NCBI RefSeq assembly: GCF_009834535.1
Contig: NC_045696.1
Location: 64,916,001-64,980,000, forward strand
Direction: 5' to 3'
DNA length: 64,000 nucleotides
Source of the DNA: Camelus ferus
Lineage: Eukaryota
Positions within the stretch are counted from its first letter, which is position 1, and each line of letters opens with the position of its first letter. The notes below the pieces were generated by a model. The model had not been told where the DNA came from and did not search any database. It saw nothing but the letters and a program-made list of their open reading frames with translations. Shown in pieces: positions 1-14,460 of the stretch. A program made the position numbers and the translations under genes.

Positions 1-2300
1 AATCAATTAAACACTAAGCACTAGGACTGCTCAGTTGTCTTTTTAAAATCTAGGATTAAAAAGGTGGAAGTGCTCAGGCTTAAGGATAGCAGTTCCCAAT
101 TTTGCCCTCGAGGAAAATGCTCAGTCCGGATGGTCCCAGATCTCAGAGGAAAACTGTGGACTAGATTTTGTTAAATTAAATCTTCTCACATTTGTTAGCC
201 ATTCAATCCTGTTTCATTATAAGATTACCTTCTTTTATTTTTTTCTGTATTGTCTTTGTTTTATTATTTTTTTACTTCTTTTTCGATAGTTAGATATCAC
301 AGATATTAATATCAGGAAATAAATGAAAACAAATTGACACTGCTTTCTATTTCCTAAGGTGTAAGTAAAAGTTTTTTACTAATTTTTTTCATCTCTTCCA
401 TATGTTTAATTTTTTTCTAATTGAATTTTTTAAAAATATTTTTTCCAGACTGGACTACTTACTTACAGTATTTCAGAGTCTGGCAACATATAGAAAGTTG
501 TTTTCTAAAAGGTAAAAGATCTGAAAAATACGTGTAAATTTATGATGCCTTTAATTAAAGAACAAATGGTATTAATTTTGAACTTTTGTTTTTCTTCTGT
601 ACCTTATCCCTGTCATATGCCATTTATCGCTGTATTGAAATTATGTGTTTGTAAGTCATGTATCTCTCTTAAGAGACTGAATTCTTTTTAGTGCATGACT
701 TCTAATTGTAGCCCCATACAATCTAGTGCAATATATGGCATATCAGTATATTTCACTAGACAAAAACCAACCAAACAAACAAAACACCTAATATATGTCA
801 GTGCCTATAACATCACATATTCTAAGTAAAATGCAGTATAAATCGTGACTCCCTCCAGCATAACAATTCGTTGTTTATGTTTGAGATTCCATGACACTGA
901 TTTGGACTGTCTTTGTCTTTGCTTGTTTTCGTAAACACTTAATACTTTATGTACTTTTAATTATGTAAAGTTGTTAAGTGTAGCTGCAATCAGACTTTGA
1001 AGTCATTCCATTTCCATTTTGTTACTTACTTATTAAAAACAAGGATCCTGACTTATTGAAAGAATGAAGTAAGACATAAAATAAAATCCATTTTAAAAAA
1101 TTTATCAAAGATTATTCAAGCAGAACTAGGCTTACTGAATTGGTTTTATTAATAAGTCATTTCCCTTCTCCAAATCTAAAAATAAAGAAAAAAGATATAG
1201 TTGGATGTCTAATCGTCTAATGAAATGGTTGGATATACTTACAGTTTCTTAAAATGCTAAGCTTCTGAGTAACTCTTAACTGGTCTTACACTTGTCACAT
1301 CTCTTCTGTGAAATCACGGAAGGTCCAACTATGAGGTGTCATTTGAGTTCTTCCTCTGAGATAACATCATAAAATATTCACCAGCTTCTCTGTAGGGCTT
1401 TCCCACAGGCAGGCATGCGAGGACACGGTCTGATTCTCTGATATTAATGGGATCTGATACGACCCTTAAATTTGCCAAACAGTCAGCCTGCGTCTAAGAC
1501 AGGAACACAATGGATGCATTCCTACCTTCTTTCTCAAACACCCTGCTAGCATTTGCCCTTTTTTCACATTCATATCATTGTTATTCATGTCATTGGTACA
1601 GAATTCCGTGATGCTGTGTAAGTAGCTACTACAACCATGTACAGTGTTTAGCGATAAGAGAGTGCCGGACAGGTTAGTGTCAACATGATGGAAAACAATA
1701 AAGTAGAGAAAGGTTCTAACCCTTTGCCTGGAACATGCTAAGTGTTCAATAGCTTTTCGTTTCCTTTTTGCCGCTCAACTTTTGACTTTAATTCCAGTGT
1801 TCTTTCAGTTACACAAGATTGTCTCTCCCGGTAGCCTCTTTATTGGGTAGATCAGAAATAGTTTTATTTCTGCACTAACCCAGTTGGTTATTTTCAACTT
1901 GTGTTCTTTACACACTTCTTTGTTCCTGTTCATGAAATGCCGTGGATGTAGAAGGGAAAATAGAAAAAGTAAAAATCACATAAAGCACTCTAACATGATT
2001 ATATCAGAGCCTTCTTTTAACTTTCACCTTCATTTTTATTCTTCTGCATTTCAGTGGACGATAGGACTTTATTTCTGCAGTAAATTTAAGAAAATGAGAA
2101 AAGTAATTTTTGATAAGGTTTAAATGCTGTTTTGGAGGCTGAGATGCATAAGCATTGCATTCCTGAGTCATAAATCAGTCAGAACTTACAACAGATGAAG
2201 TTTGTGTAGGAAAAAATCAAAGAATGAAATTGGATTCAAACAGTAATTGGCACAAATCATAGTTAAGATATGTTCCCAAGGTACACTGCGGCAGCATGTA

Positions 2301-2318
2301 GTGTGTGTGTGTGTGTGT
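2301..2318. repeat. (TG)n microsatellite
   Basis: gtgtgtgtgtgtgtgtgt run. Confidence 0.85.
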
Positions 2319-3604
2319 CTGCATACGAGGTGTATACTTGGACACTAACAAACATTAGTGTGTGAGTAAATAAACTATCAGAAAGAGTATTAAGACCCAT
2401 GAGAACCCCACAAAACTGTATGTATTTAAGTCAGCTTGGAACTGGAGAATTAGCTCTGGAGAGAGGGAAACTGCTCATGTTCAGACAGTGCCACTAACTT
2501 GGTATATAGCATTTATTCTTCATTTATTCAGATCATATCGAAAGCTTACCAGGTACTAGCAATTGGGCTAAGTAACAGTTACTTCACCTTTCTGAACCCC
2601 AGTTACCTTGATGTTAAAATAATACAAGAATGCTAATGAGCCTTCTAATTCTTAGACAGAGGGCCTTTGTGCTGGACTCCACACTGACCTTCCTCCAGGA
2701 GCAAGGAGTCCAAAGGGCTAAGGGTTTATGTCCACCTGGACCCCCTGCTTCTTCATTCTTTACCATATTCTAGGGAACCCACAGAAATTTGGATACTGCC
2801 AGGGGCTGTGTGAGCCTCTTCCCTGGGTCTGCACTTGCCAGGGAAAAGTGAACTGCAATGGGTGTATGCACAGGCCTGGAGCGTCCACGAGGCTGTGAGG
2901 CTGTTTGCAGAAGGCGCAGGGGACAACGCTTGGACATAGAGTCTTCTGTGTCTATATGAACCCATGTGAGGCCCCTGGCAGTGTTGTTTGCTGGAGCTGG
3001 GAGGCGTGGACCAGGGGCATGGGGAGAGAAGCCTTCTAAGCTGTGAGATGGGTGGCAAGGTCTTCCAGTGCTGCCCTGTTTGGCAGAAGATTCTGAGGAG
3101 TCTAAGAAAGTTAAGTTTGACCCTGGGCTGCTTCTGGGTCATAATTTTCAAATAGCAAAGGCAGACGTGTCTTACTACATGGTTACCTTGATTTACAGAT
3201 TTAAATGGTAAACATACGGTATGTGGGTTTACATTTGTTCTCTTGCTGTGGGCTCTACAGATATTAAGGGTGGGTTTGAATAATACCTACCTTAAAAGTG
3301 TATTTCATGGAACAAATAGGAATGTATGTATATGCATGCATATATATGTATACACACACACAATTTAAATTAGGAAAATCTACACAAATATAGAATATGT
3401 TACTCTATGTCATAATATAAAAATAAATAGTAATAGGAGGAGCCCAGTGGTGATGAGATATCTGACACTTTACTTACAACCCCAGTACATAGTACTCAGG
3501 ACATTGTAGGAGCTCACTGCCGCAGCCACAGTGAAATTCATTAAACATGACAAGCCCTTTTATATCCTATGTGTTTGCACACGCTTCCTGAATTTCTTCT
3601 TCCT

Positions 3605-3646
<42 letters not shown>
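3605..3646. repeat. (TCTG)n/(TCTA)n microsatellite
   Basis: About 8 TCTG units followed by TCTA units. Confidence 0.9.
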
Positions 3647-3647
<1 letters not shown>

Positions 3648-4079
3648 CACCTATTGCTACTCTATAGAGATGAGGAAATATAAAACAGAGATGGTAAGGA
3701 ACTTACCCAAAATGAGAGAGACAGAGTTAGGAACAGAGTCAAGTTCTTCTGACACTTAAGGCAGTCCCTTTCCGCTTTTCTCGCCTGCCCTTGGAATACA
3801 CAGGTGACTGGTCTTCCAAGCCTGTCTGTGTAGATGGTGCTCTGAATGGTACCTCTGGAGTTTGGCGGGGGGAAACTTGTGACTCAGTGATAAAACCATT
3901 ACTCAGTAGATACTCAGTGTAGTTTAAGGGAGAATATATACATTATATATAAATATTAAATATATTATATATATATACAAATATTTCCCCCCAGAATTCT
4001 CAAGTATGCACTGGAAATCTTGAGTGAGAATTACCTGCTATAAAGAGGAACCACCGTATTTGGGGCTTTTGCATCTGAA

Positions 4080-5570
4080 TAAGCAAATTGACATCTGTTC
4101 TCTCCTTCTTTCCTTCTGTTACAATGAAGTTGTTTTTTCTTCTAGCTGAGACCAGTCTCCTGTGTTCTAGATTTCATCCCCTTCCACCTTCATAGGAAGG
4201 ATACTTTATCTTTATTTCCTCTCTCTTGGGTTCTTGATGTTTTCAACTCATCAGGCTTAAATCTTTCTTAAACAATCAAACAACCTTACCACAATCCTCA
4301 ATCTTTTGTCAGGTGCTTACTTTCTTCTAACTCGTCTTCAAACTTAAAATCTTCTGTATTTATTGTCATCTTTTCTTCATTCCTCCCTCATGACTCATAT
4401 CTTCCTAATTCTACCCTCGACACTAAAAAAACTCCTCTCGCAGTGGTTACTAATATCTCCAGTTTATGAAATTTAGTGGATATTTTCCGGTCCTCATTTA
4501 GATGACCTCTTGGTAGCACCCAGCACTGCTCTGGTCAATCCCTCCTTTCGAGATATTGTTTACTCCCATCTTTCTGGTTTCTCAGTGTCCTTAATTAACT
4601 TACCTTTGTTTGTGCCATCTTTGGAGAGTCTCAAGGCTCAGTCCTAGATCCTCAACACTCACAATATACTCTCAGTGCTTTACTTCTCAAAAGTCAACTG
4701 CTGCCACGTCTATATCCTCAGTAAAGACCTTTCTTCTGAGCTATAAATCTGTATAGCCAACTTACAATGGTGGGTGTCTCAAACTGAAAATATCCCAAAC
4801 TGAATTTGAAGATTTTCTCCCAATTTCATACTTGTTTTAATGTTCCTCTTCCCAAATAATGGCACCAATATCCATTTTGTTTAAATCAGAAACTTGGGAT
4901 TCATCCTTAACATATTAAGTGACATCTGACCACAGAGATTTATCTGGGTTCAGAGGCTGGTGAGAACGACCACTTTCAGCATTGCCTTTTCATCCTTTGG
5001 TTTACTTTACAGCAGTGAATAAAGAGCGCAAAGGCATACGCACAAGAGCAAGGATACAAGTTACCGTGCACAGCTCTCCACTGCCTCCGTGATATCTCAC
5101 AGAAGTACTCCAAGCTCAGTGGTCAGTGTAGCTCACAAGGAGACAGGGATCTTCATCAGCTCAGAGAATTATGGGCTCTGGGCTTTGTCCTTCATTACAT
5201 GCTGGGAAGTGTATGTTATTTTGGGGGGGAATGTGTTTGTTAAAGATCTACTGTCTTTCTTATAAGAAAATTCTGGCTGGGCCATGGTTCCATACTTCCA
5301 TTCTATTTTTATTGCCCACATGCAATTAATACATAAGTCAAGACAATTCTACACCCTAAACTGGTTTGTCTCCAGAACACTCTAATGTAAATCTGACATC
5401 TTTTAATTGGTCTACTGTTGTTACTTTCTAACTTACTTCCCTGCCTAGACTTCTGTCTGTTCTTTCTCTTGCAGTCTGTACTGAGCCTTTAAAATACAGG
5501 TTAGATTATATCATCTTTATCCCTCAAAATTTTCAATGTCTTTCCATGACTCCTTGCGAAAATTAAAAGG
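4080..5570. mobile_element. Degenerate LINE-2, apparently interrupted at ~4920-5390 by an unclassified element
   Basis: Pyrimidine-rich L2-like motifs (ctcagtcctagatcct, tgtctcaaactgaaaatatcccaaactgaa, agaaacttgggattcatcctt); boundaries approximate. Confidence 0.55.
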
Positions 5571-6432
5571 TTAAAATAACAGGCTTTCCTTCTGCAGGGT
5601 GATTTTTATAATCCAAAATTTTAAAATTATATATATTGGTATAATACAGTTGAGAAACATTCCATAGAAATTATATAATTATGAATTATAAATGTTATAT
5701 AATTATAATTCATTGGGATTGATTGCTTTCTCTAGGTTAGTAACAGCAAAGGAGGGAAAAAGAATTTCACTGCTGGGCAGACCTGCTGCTTTGAGTGACT
5801 TTGTGCTTTGTTTTTTATAGCAGTACATTTTGTTATTGCTACAGGCAATAGAGAAGAAGACCACACTAATAACTGGTGAGAAAAGGAAGGCTATTATTCT
5901 TGGACAAAAGGTACAAAATCAAAGGCTAGATTTGTATAGCGATGTTTAGGTTTTTATAGCTATATATTTGAAGTTCTACACCACTGACATAGATGAGAAA
6001 GGGGTGGCCAGCCTGGGTATAGATGGACCTGTATCGCCGGTTTATTGGTGGACAAGTGCAATAAAAAGTGTACTCGAAATTGCCTTTTCTGTGTCTTCCA
6101 TGTATCTTCTGCTTTTTCAGTCCAGAGTTCCCCAGGTGACTCTTGCCTTCACGCCACTTCTTCCAACATGGTCTATGACCTTCTGAATGATCTGGGCTTA
6201 TCTTGGGCTGTGTTCCATACTCTTAGTTTCCAAACTCCAGCCAAAGTTTCAATTGTTTAAATTCACCAAAGTCTTTTCTGACTTTGAACCTATTCTCTCA
6301 TACTGCTGCCCTTGTGTAGAATGGTATTAATTTCCACTTCCACCCACCTGCTCCATCAAGCTAATTCCTCCTTGTCCTTGAGGACTCGTTCATTGTCAAT
6401 GTTATGTCCTGATAGAAGCCATTTTTGACTCC

Positions 6433-6760
6433 TGTCTAAGTTTGTTTAGGCTGCTATCACAGAAATACCATAAAATGCTTGGCTTAAAAACAACAAACAT
6501 TTATTTCTCACAGTCCAGGAGTCCAGGAGTCCAGGATCACGGGGGCCGTCGATTCGCTTCCTCACCGATGGCCATCTTCTTGCTGTGACCTCGCGTGCTA
6601 GGAAGGGGTCAGGGATCTCTCTGGGGCCTCTTTTATAAGCACACTAATCCCATTCATGATCTGTTCGCCTCCCTAAGGCCCTGCCTCCTAATACCATTAC
6701 CTTGGAGGTTAGGATTTCAATATATAAATTTTGGGAGATAAAAGCATTCAGTCCACAGCA
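6433..6760 (-). mobile_element. MaLR solo LTR (MLT1A-like) inserted in an L2 fragment
   Basis: TG...CA termini; minus strand begins tgctgtggactgaatg and ends gcagccctaaacaaacttagaca; 5-bp TSD ACTCC at 6428-6432 and 6761-6765. Confidence 0.88.
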
Positions 6761-7002
6761 ACTCCCTTGAGACTAGGTAAAGTCCATCCTCCATAGCAGC
6801 CAGGACTCCTTCAGAGCACTTCTCAGATTTGTAATTAATTAATCATAGAATTACTTAATTAAGTTCTCTCTTTCCTGTTACAGGGTCAACTTCACAAGGG
6901 CTCTGACCAGTAACAGTCTTGTTCACACTTGTATTTCTTGGCATAGTACCGAGGCCAGAGTGTTGGTGGAAGGAAGGACCAGTGTAAGGATGGAAGGAAA
7001 GA

Positions 7003-7003
<1 letters not shown>

Positions 7004-7036
<33 letters not shown>

Positions 7037-7041
7037 CAGGC
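7004..7041. repeat. (GGCA)n microsatellite at an L2 tail
   Basis: About 8 GGCA units. Confidence 0.9.
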
Positions 7042-7231
7042 TTAGGATATAATTTTTGTCTTGCATCTTCCTTTGGTATGTATTTTCCAGAACATATGTG
7101 GTCTTAGGTTACCTCTACCTCGTTATTCTGAGGATTCACATTATGGATCACGGAGATAATTATTGCTTTATATCACAGGCACTTCATTGCCCTCTGGAGA
7201 AATATGTCTATTAAGATGAGCAACCGTCGAG

Positions 7232-7545
7232 GGCTGTGCTGTCCAGTGTGATGCTCACTAGCTCATGCGGCCTTTGAGCACTTGAAAGTGGTTGGTTCGA
7301 GTTGAGACATGTTGTAATTGTGAAATACACAGTAGATTTTCAAGACTTAGCATGAAGAAAAAGGATGTAAAATATCTCATTAATACTTCTTATGTTGATT
7401 ATGTATTTTGGATATACTAGTTTAAATGAAAAATATTATTAGAATAATTTCAGCCATTTTTTTTCCTTTCTTGGATATGACTGGTAGAAAAGTTAAAATT
7501 ACCTGTGTGACTTGCCACTATGTCATCTTTGGATAGCATTGGCTT
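7232..7545. mobile_element. hAT-Charlie MITE (MER3/MER33-like)
   Basis: Ends gtgctgtcca...tggatagcat form degenerate TIRs; internal gagcacttgaaa and tttcaagacttag motifs. Confidence 0.7.
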
Positions 7546-10500
7546 AAGTATACAGCACAGCATTCTTTCCCTTGCTACTGGACTCTAAGGGAGAGGGAAG
7601 CCAGTCTGATGAAATAAGGTAGCTGCCTTCAACAATGTTGTGCTACGTTCTACTTAATCCTTACTTAATTAGGGGCTGATTTCCCCAGGTTATTTTTACT
7701 ATCTTATTATCATAAACAGACTTTCTGGACAAGAACTCCATTTTTGAAATAATGTCATTATTACTTTCTCATAATGTTTTTGGTTTAGTTCATTTATTTT
7801 GTCTTGTGCATTTATACTCTGTTAGCCACCATCTCTTTATCCTCTGCTAGACTGTAGAATATGGTTTGGTATGTTTTCACTTAAGCACATGAAAGTTAAT
7901 AAAGTTTCAGACTTTGAAACAGACTGAGAGTTTTCCCAGTGTGAAAGAGGATGTTGAAGTCAATCATAAATTATCTCGCAACCAATATTAAGTTCCAGAA
8001 CTCTGAATTCCAAGAAGATGCCAGCCCATTAAGCAAACAGAAGAAATATGCTTTGCTTAAAGGTTTATCTGCAGCATGGTCCATTGTAATTCTTAATAAT
8101 GAGACAAGAAAGGGAAGCTTGGGCACCCAGAACTGAAACTGCATATCACCCACTCAATTATTAGTGGATATTAATGATTATTGCTTAAAGTTGGAACTGA
8201 CTTAGTGTTCTTACAGATTTCTGGCACAGCCTTTAATTTAAATCTTGTTATTAATTTATGGCCATTTTTTTCCCCGAGCACTGTGCTGTGAAAGGTCTCT
8301 GTTATACACCACTGTGGTGTCTGAATCTGTTCAAATCTGGGTATTTCATGGTACCGGAAAACTAAAATATAATAAAATCATAAGCCAAATGCCTTATCAT
8401 CACCATTATTTTTTAAAACCATGAAACAAAGTATCTAAAAACGATCTGGAAAATCTAACTCCTATAATCTTACCTGAGGAACCTGAAGAATGAAGCAATT
8501 GCTCCAGTGGCAGAGCGAGGGCTAGAACTTCAACTTTCTGACTCCTAGCCCAGTGTACTTCCTACTGACTTCTGCTAAGAGTTCATTAATATTGTTAAAC
8601 TGGGTGAATAAGGCAGTATCCTTAAGAATGTGAAATTTAAGAAAAATCTACAATTGTTTATTTGGGTGTGTGCACATATGTGTGTGTGTGATGGGTGTGT
8701 TAGGTGTGTAAAAAGAGCCATTCTAGGAAGTAGGCGTGTTGTAAATTTCATCGCTTTGCTGAATGTTTCCAAAAGCGCTGAAGCTTCCGAGTGTCCCTCA
8801 GGCCCTTACTGCAGGTATCAGAGTACAAAGGAACGTTTTTGACATTTTGCCTAGGTCATCCCCAGAATGCATGTTACAATTTGTATTTGTTAACATATTC
8901 AATGAATCGTCATACACACATGTGTTTATTACATAGTTGTATGAAAAAGGTAGGTATGAATTATTGAAGCTGGGTAGGAAGTGTTTCTGATTCTGTGGAG
9001 TTGGGGGAAAGATTAAAAATGCAAGAAAGAACAAATAAATATCATTGTCTTAAATTAGAATGTACACTTAATACCAGTCAGCGAATGTTCTTAGAGAACT
9101 GTTTTGCTGAAATGTAAAAAATGAAGCCATCCCTGTTGCTTTTGGAAATCTTGAATTCAGGCTTACCAAAATTATGTCTATCAATGATCTGAGGTTTACC
9201 TGTTTAGTTTCCAACTGCAAAGTAGTGATGTCCATATCTTTACATTTTTAGAAAAGCTGTTGTTATATTTAGGAAAAAGGGTTCTGGCAGAATTTTGATC
9301 CATGTGTAATATAAGAAAAGGCTCTCTTGCACTGGGGTTCTAGTCCCTCACTTGTAAAATAAAGGGGAATAAGAATGGTTTTCCCAACTGGGGGTTTGCA
9401 GTCCTCTAGGGAAAATAATATCTGTTTATATGCATTATTTTCCTTAAAACAATCATATATTATTTTAAAATTATTTTTCTTTTAAGATGTAAAGTTTGGG
9501 AATGTATAACTAGTGAGCTCCCTACTGTATTGCAGTCTCCCTGTGTAGTTCCTGGCTCTGGTGGGCTCTCAGTTACTGAATGAATGAATGGCTCCTTGAC
9601 ACACAGAAAGGATCAAATAGGTGTGCTTGTGATTCAGTCCTTAAAGGTATTTCTTGGTTTTCTCTTATTTGATTGCACAGTTCTAACTACAGTGATGGTT
9701 TTGAAGATTACACAGTTTTAATGTTACCCCATAATGTATCATTTGCTAAAGATAGGAGGCGTAGAAACGTTGATGTTGAAATGATGAGACTTTAGTATTA
9801 TAATCTGAGCTGTTACAAAAGGACTCTGCCTTTCATTTAAAAATAGACGGATCTGCTGGAGAGAGTATAACAACAACAGCAGAATTAAAATGCGCAGTTG
9901 AGCCCAAAACCAAAGAGGGAAACTCCTCAGCCGCCAGAAAGGAGGGCATTTATATTCATGGAGACGAGGAGGAACTGGTTTCATGTGCTTCGAGGGGGAT
10001 TATCAGACATGGGCATCGCTATCTGGGCACTGGGTTTAGCCCTCATGCAGGCCCAGGAGATGAGGCCTCAGGCCTGTATTAGGTGGGCAGGGACCTGTAA
10101 CAGAGACACTGCTCATTCCGAAAAATGGTGAGTTAACAAAACATTCCACCCGCCGAGGAAAATTGAAAGGAGCTTAATGCTCACCTAAGGTAGCAGGTGG
10201 AAAGTGTTGTCTGAAAGGAATTAGAAACCTTGGCCTGGACCACTTCGTGGGTGAGGTCCAAAGTCAAATTGTAAAATATGAATGCTATCCCCTTGTTAAG
10301 CAGGAATTCCAGTCTGAGACATTAATGTAAAAACATCTCTGCTTTGGAGAAATCCACAAAGTATCATGAAAGGGAATGTAAACCCTTCTTGATGGTTTTA
10401 CAGTCTAAGACAGCACAAAACTCCCTTTGAAGAAAGTCTTATTGTCCAGTAATAGAAACCACACAAGGATAAAACACAACAAATTGAGGAATTTATACCC

Positions 10501-10559
10501 CTAAATTTTCAGTTAAAAATATTTTAAATGTTTGATAGTTCGAAGAATTAGAAACCATA

Positions 10560-11920
10560 AGCAGGAATAGACTAGTAATCTACAAAAGTAGATTAAAATA
10601 TAAAAACAGTTATACAGTAATTGTAATCTTAGGGGAAAAAATCTATGCATGTGTTCAAAAGCAAGCTATACACAATAGAAGAGAAGATGTTTGACTGGGA
10701 AATGAAATCAAAGAAATCGCTCAGAATCAGAGAGGTGGAAAACACTGAGGGTTTAAGATATATGGAGAAACTCCAACATGCATGGCATAGGAGTTCTGGA
10801 AAATAAAAAAGACAATGTCAGATCATCTATAATTAAAAAGATTAAAATAGAGAATTTGCAGAACTGAAAAATTCATGTGACCTTGTCCCATCAAGTTATT
10901 TTAAAAAGTTCCCATCAGGTATTGTAGCAAAACCATATTACAGTGAAGATAAAATATCTTAAAAGTGGCCAGAGAAAAAAGAGGTTAACTAAAAATGAAA
11001 GATAGGTAGACTTACTACTGACTTGTCATCAGCAATAATGGCTGCTAGAAGAAAATGGGATAGTATTTTCAGAATGCTGAGGGAGAACAGCTGTCATGGT
11101 ACAGTATACCCATTTAACTACAGTTCAAAAGAGAGAGAAGTAAACACATGTGGCGTAACCATGACATGTTTTGACATGACAGTTTCTCATTTCACTGAAA
11201 AATTTTATCATTTACAGACTTTCCTTACTGGTTCACAAAGAGGAGATTGAATCTAGAGGGAAGAAGGGGTTGAAAATGCAATGGTGAGCAAAAAATATCG
11301 AAAATATGTTGGTATATTTAATACGTAATCATTGACAAAGATCCTATGGCAAGCCTTTCACAGGCTTTAAAAAAAAGCCAGAACTCCATACAGTGACAGG
11401 AGTGGGAGGATTTTAGAGCTTAAAGGTGCTTGCATTATTTGGTAGGAGCTTAATGATAATAAAAATTACACTTGAACTTTGCTAAATTACAAATTTATGT
11501 TGAATATTCAAGTAACCACTAAATTAATAGAAATAAACTATGATTCTCAAATCAAAATAAAGGGAAAATTGGAAGGAGAATAAAGAAAATTAAATCAATC
11601 CAATTCAAAGGACAAGGGGATAAATAAAGAAGCAAATAAGTGCAAAGTAAATAGAAAACACAAACTAAGATGCTAGAAATAAAAACAACTAAACCAGAAA
11701 TTACAATGAATCCAGAATCAAATAATATGAAAATGGATATATGTATGTATATGCAAGACTGGGACATTGTGCTGCACACGAGAGATAGACACATTGTAAT
11801 TGACTGTAGTTCAATAAATTAAAAAAAAAACAATGAATGCAGAGTGTTAATAGTCATCTATTAAGGAACTTTCCAATCAGATGAAAATTCAAAATCCAAA
11901 CATATGATATATATACAACA
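10560..11920 (+). mobile_element. Old LINE-1 fragment (ORF1 and inter-ORF region)
   Basis: A-rich; ORF 11023-11250 (ARRKWDSIFRMLRENSC..YP) resembles the L1 ORF1p C-terminal domain. Confidence 0.7.
11717..11829 (+). mobile_element. 5'-truncated younger L1 3' end nested in the old L1
   Basis: Ends caataaatt + poly(A); TSD acaatgaat(c/g)caga at 11703-11716 and 11830-11843. Confidence 0.8.
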
Positions 11921-12199
11921 TGAGATAATCAGATTGCTGAATGGGATGTACAGCATGATATTTTTTGTGTAAAAATGTACAGTACACAAAATAGCACCAA
12001 GTATTTTGGGAGAACACATAAAGATGGGGTAAAGGAACAAACATGAACAAGAAAGCCAGAAATGTGGCTGGATCTGGTTAGGAAAGTAGTGGAATGGAAT
12101 TAAGGAGATGACTACAATGTTTTAATTATGTAAAAAGATTTGAAGCAGTTATGAAAATATTAGTATTTGTTAAAAGTGGATGGTAAGTTCATGGATATG

Positions 12200-12470
12200 T
12201 GAGAGGCAGTGGAGAATGGTAGCCTGCACTGTGTGTTCTCGAGCCAGACTTCCCCAGCCCAGATCCTAAAGCCCTCCTTCTTAATGAAAGGTGGGACCCT
12301 GGGCAATTACTTCACTTCTTTGTGCCTAAATCTCATCATTGTGAAATGAAGAAAAACAAAAACCAGACAAAAACCTTGTAGGGCTGTTGTAAAGGCTGAA
12401 TGAGTCAATGCTGTGCTTAGAAATCATTTCATAGTCCCTGGTTCATGGTAATGCACATATTGAGGGCTGT
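12200..12470 (+). mobile_element. MIR SINE
   Basis: Core ccctgggcaattacttcacttctttgtgcctaaatctcatcattgtgaaatg. Confidence 0.7.
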
Positions 12471-13774
12471 TGTTGTCTCTGTTTTTCACGTTTGAAATAT
12501 TTATTTCATCTTAATAGGAGAATTTAAATAAATGGAAGAGTTAATGAGTATGTCAAATGATAATAAATCTTGAAATTATAATCAAGATATCTTATCTTCA
12601 CCAAAATTTAAAATCACTGATCAGAATTTTTATTTGACACATCAAGAAGTTTTTAGAGTCAGTAGCAAAGTTAAAAAGAGAAAATCTCATGAACGTTTTT
12701 AGTTTTCCATTTATGACAATAAAGATGTTCCGCTAACAGAATGGGTTTGGGGTGGATACTTGCAAAGAGCTTCACAGTTATTCTCCTAACTTATCATTTA
12801 GAAACAAAACAGAGATTCTAAAATTAAGCTGTTTTTTTTTTTATAGAACCAAGTACGAAATTTGGAAACATAAAATAAAAAACGAATTTTTTTTGTAAAT
12901 GAAAATGAATTTTTGGCTCTCTAACAAATAGCTAAAATTTAATGTATGGTTTAATGTTTACTTGTTTTCCCAAAGAAACATATAACAATGTAAATTTTTA
13001 TTTGTTGATAAACTGTGCCTTCTGCTACTAGAATGTGTCACACACGAATGGGAAACCATGGACAATTTTTTAAACGGGGTTGGGTATTAAAGTCAAGCTG
13101 GTTTCCTCTGCAAAATTTGGGGGAGTCATTAGCTATAGATAGATCAATCCCTGTAGCACTGAACCCTGGCAGCCTTGTTTTTTTTTTTTTTTTTTTTTTT
13201 TTTGTGCATAGGTGTCTGCAATGAGAGTGGCCACCATTGAGAGTACTGTCTTGACACTCTTATCTGAAAACCATAGGTTCATATCTTTGTCTGTGGGATT
13301 TTTCATCTATGCATCTGTAGTGGCCCCTCATTATCAGTCACAGTGGCAGTTTCTTGTACTTCTGTCTCAGATGCTTTCAGGTTGCCCCCGAGAGCCTCCC
13401 AAAGTGAATTTGAGATGTAGCATTCAGTTCATATTTACATTTATAGTGTATCATCCACATTTGATAAATACTCCTCCTTCTCTTTTGTGTATTGTTATAT
13501 CAGGTCATAAATTAATTGCATTATTAGAGTTGATATTACATTTTTAAATGGAATTTTAACAATTTTCATTAATATGCACTGATGAAAGATGTAATCTCCC
13601 TAAAATCTATTAAAAATACTTTCTCCATTTTCAGTTTTAATTCATTGCAAACAGCTTCTAAGTATCTGTTTCTATTTAGGAATCCCTTAGGTTTCAGGGA
13701 TCTTAGATTTCAGCCACTGAATTGCTCCAAAACTGTCATTTTATAGATGAAACTTGAAGCCTAGAGAGAGGAAA

Positions 13775-14460
13775 TGAGTACATTGAACAAGTGTGTGTTT
13801 GCTTCCTACGTTGTGTTGGTGGCACTATGCCGCATACGTACTGGGTGTCTCGTGCTGGATAAAACTAACATGGCCTCACCCTCAGGGGTGCTACATCTAG
13901 AGGAAGAAATAGATATTAAACAAGTAAAGCAAAATGGATACCTAATTACAAATTGGGATGCATGTGATGAAGAGGAAAACGTAGTGTGTTGATAGAGAAA
14001 ACCTGCATTTGAAGATGAAGGCAGATTTAGGCTGGGGGTCTACACAAGACCTCTGTGGAGGGGTATTTAAACTGAAACTTGAATTTCTCTTAGGAAGAAA
14101 TCAGTCCAGGCAAAGGGAAATGAAGGTGCAAAGATCCTTAGATCTGATGGGAAAGAAGGCGCGTGTGCCTGGAGCTTAGTGAGCCAGGGAGAGAGTAAAT
14201 TGAGATGATGATGGAATGGTAGACAGAAGCCAGATGGTTGCAAAGCTCTCCAGGCCATGCTAAGGGTTTGACGTTTTATTGTAAATGAAATGGGAAGCTA
14301 TTAAAAAGTTTAAGCAGGAGAGGGACATGATCCAATTTATCCTATAAAATATTACCTCCACCGTATTATGGTTTGGAACGGAAGTCGGGTAGGAGGAGGC
14401 TGTTGGAGGAATCTAGCTGGGAGATATGAAGGTGGTGACAGTGGGGGTAGCGATGAGCAA
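13775..14460. mobile_element. LINE-2 3' fragment, apparently nested in a MIR (13690-13770 and 14460-14530)
   Basis: L2 motifs (ggccatgctaaggg, tgggaagctattaaaaagtttaagcagg); flanks read as two halves of a minus-strand MIR. Confidence 0.6.

Noticed and set aside
2753..3151. 132-aa minus-strand ORF
   Set aside because: No recognisable homology; lies in a locally GC-richer stretch where stops are rarer.
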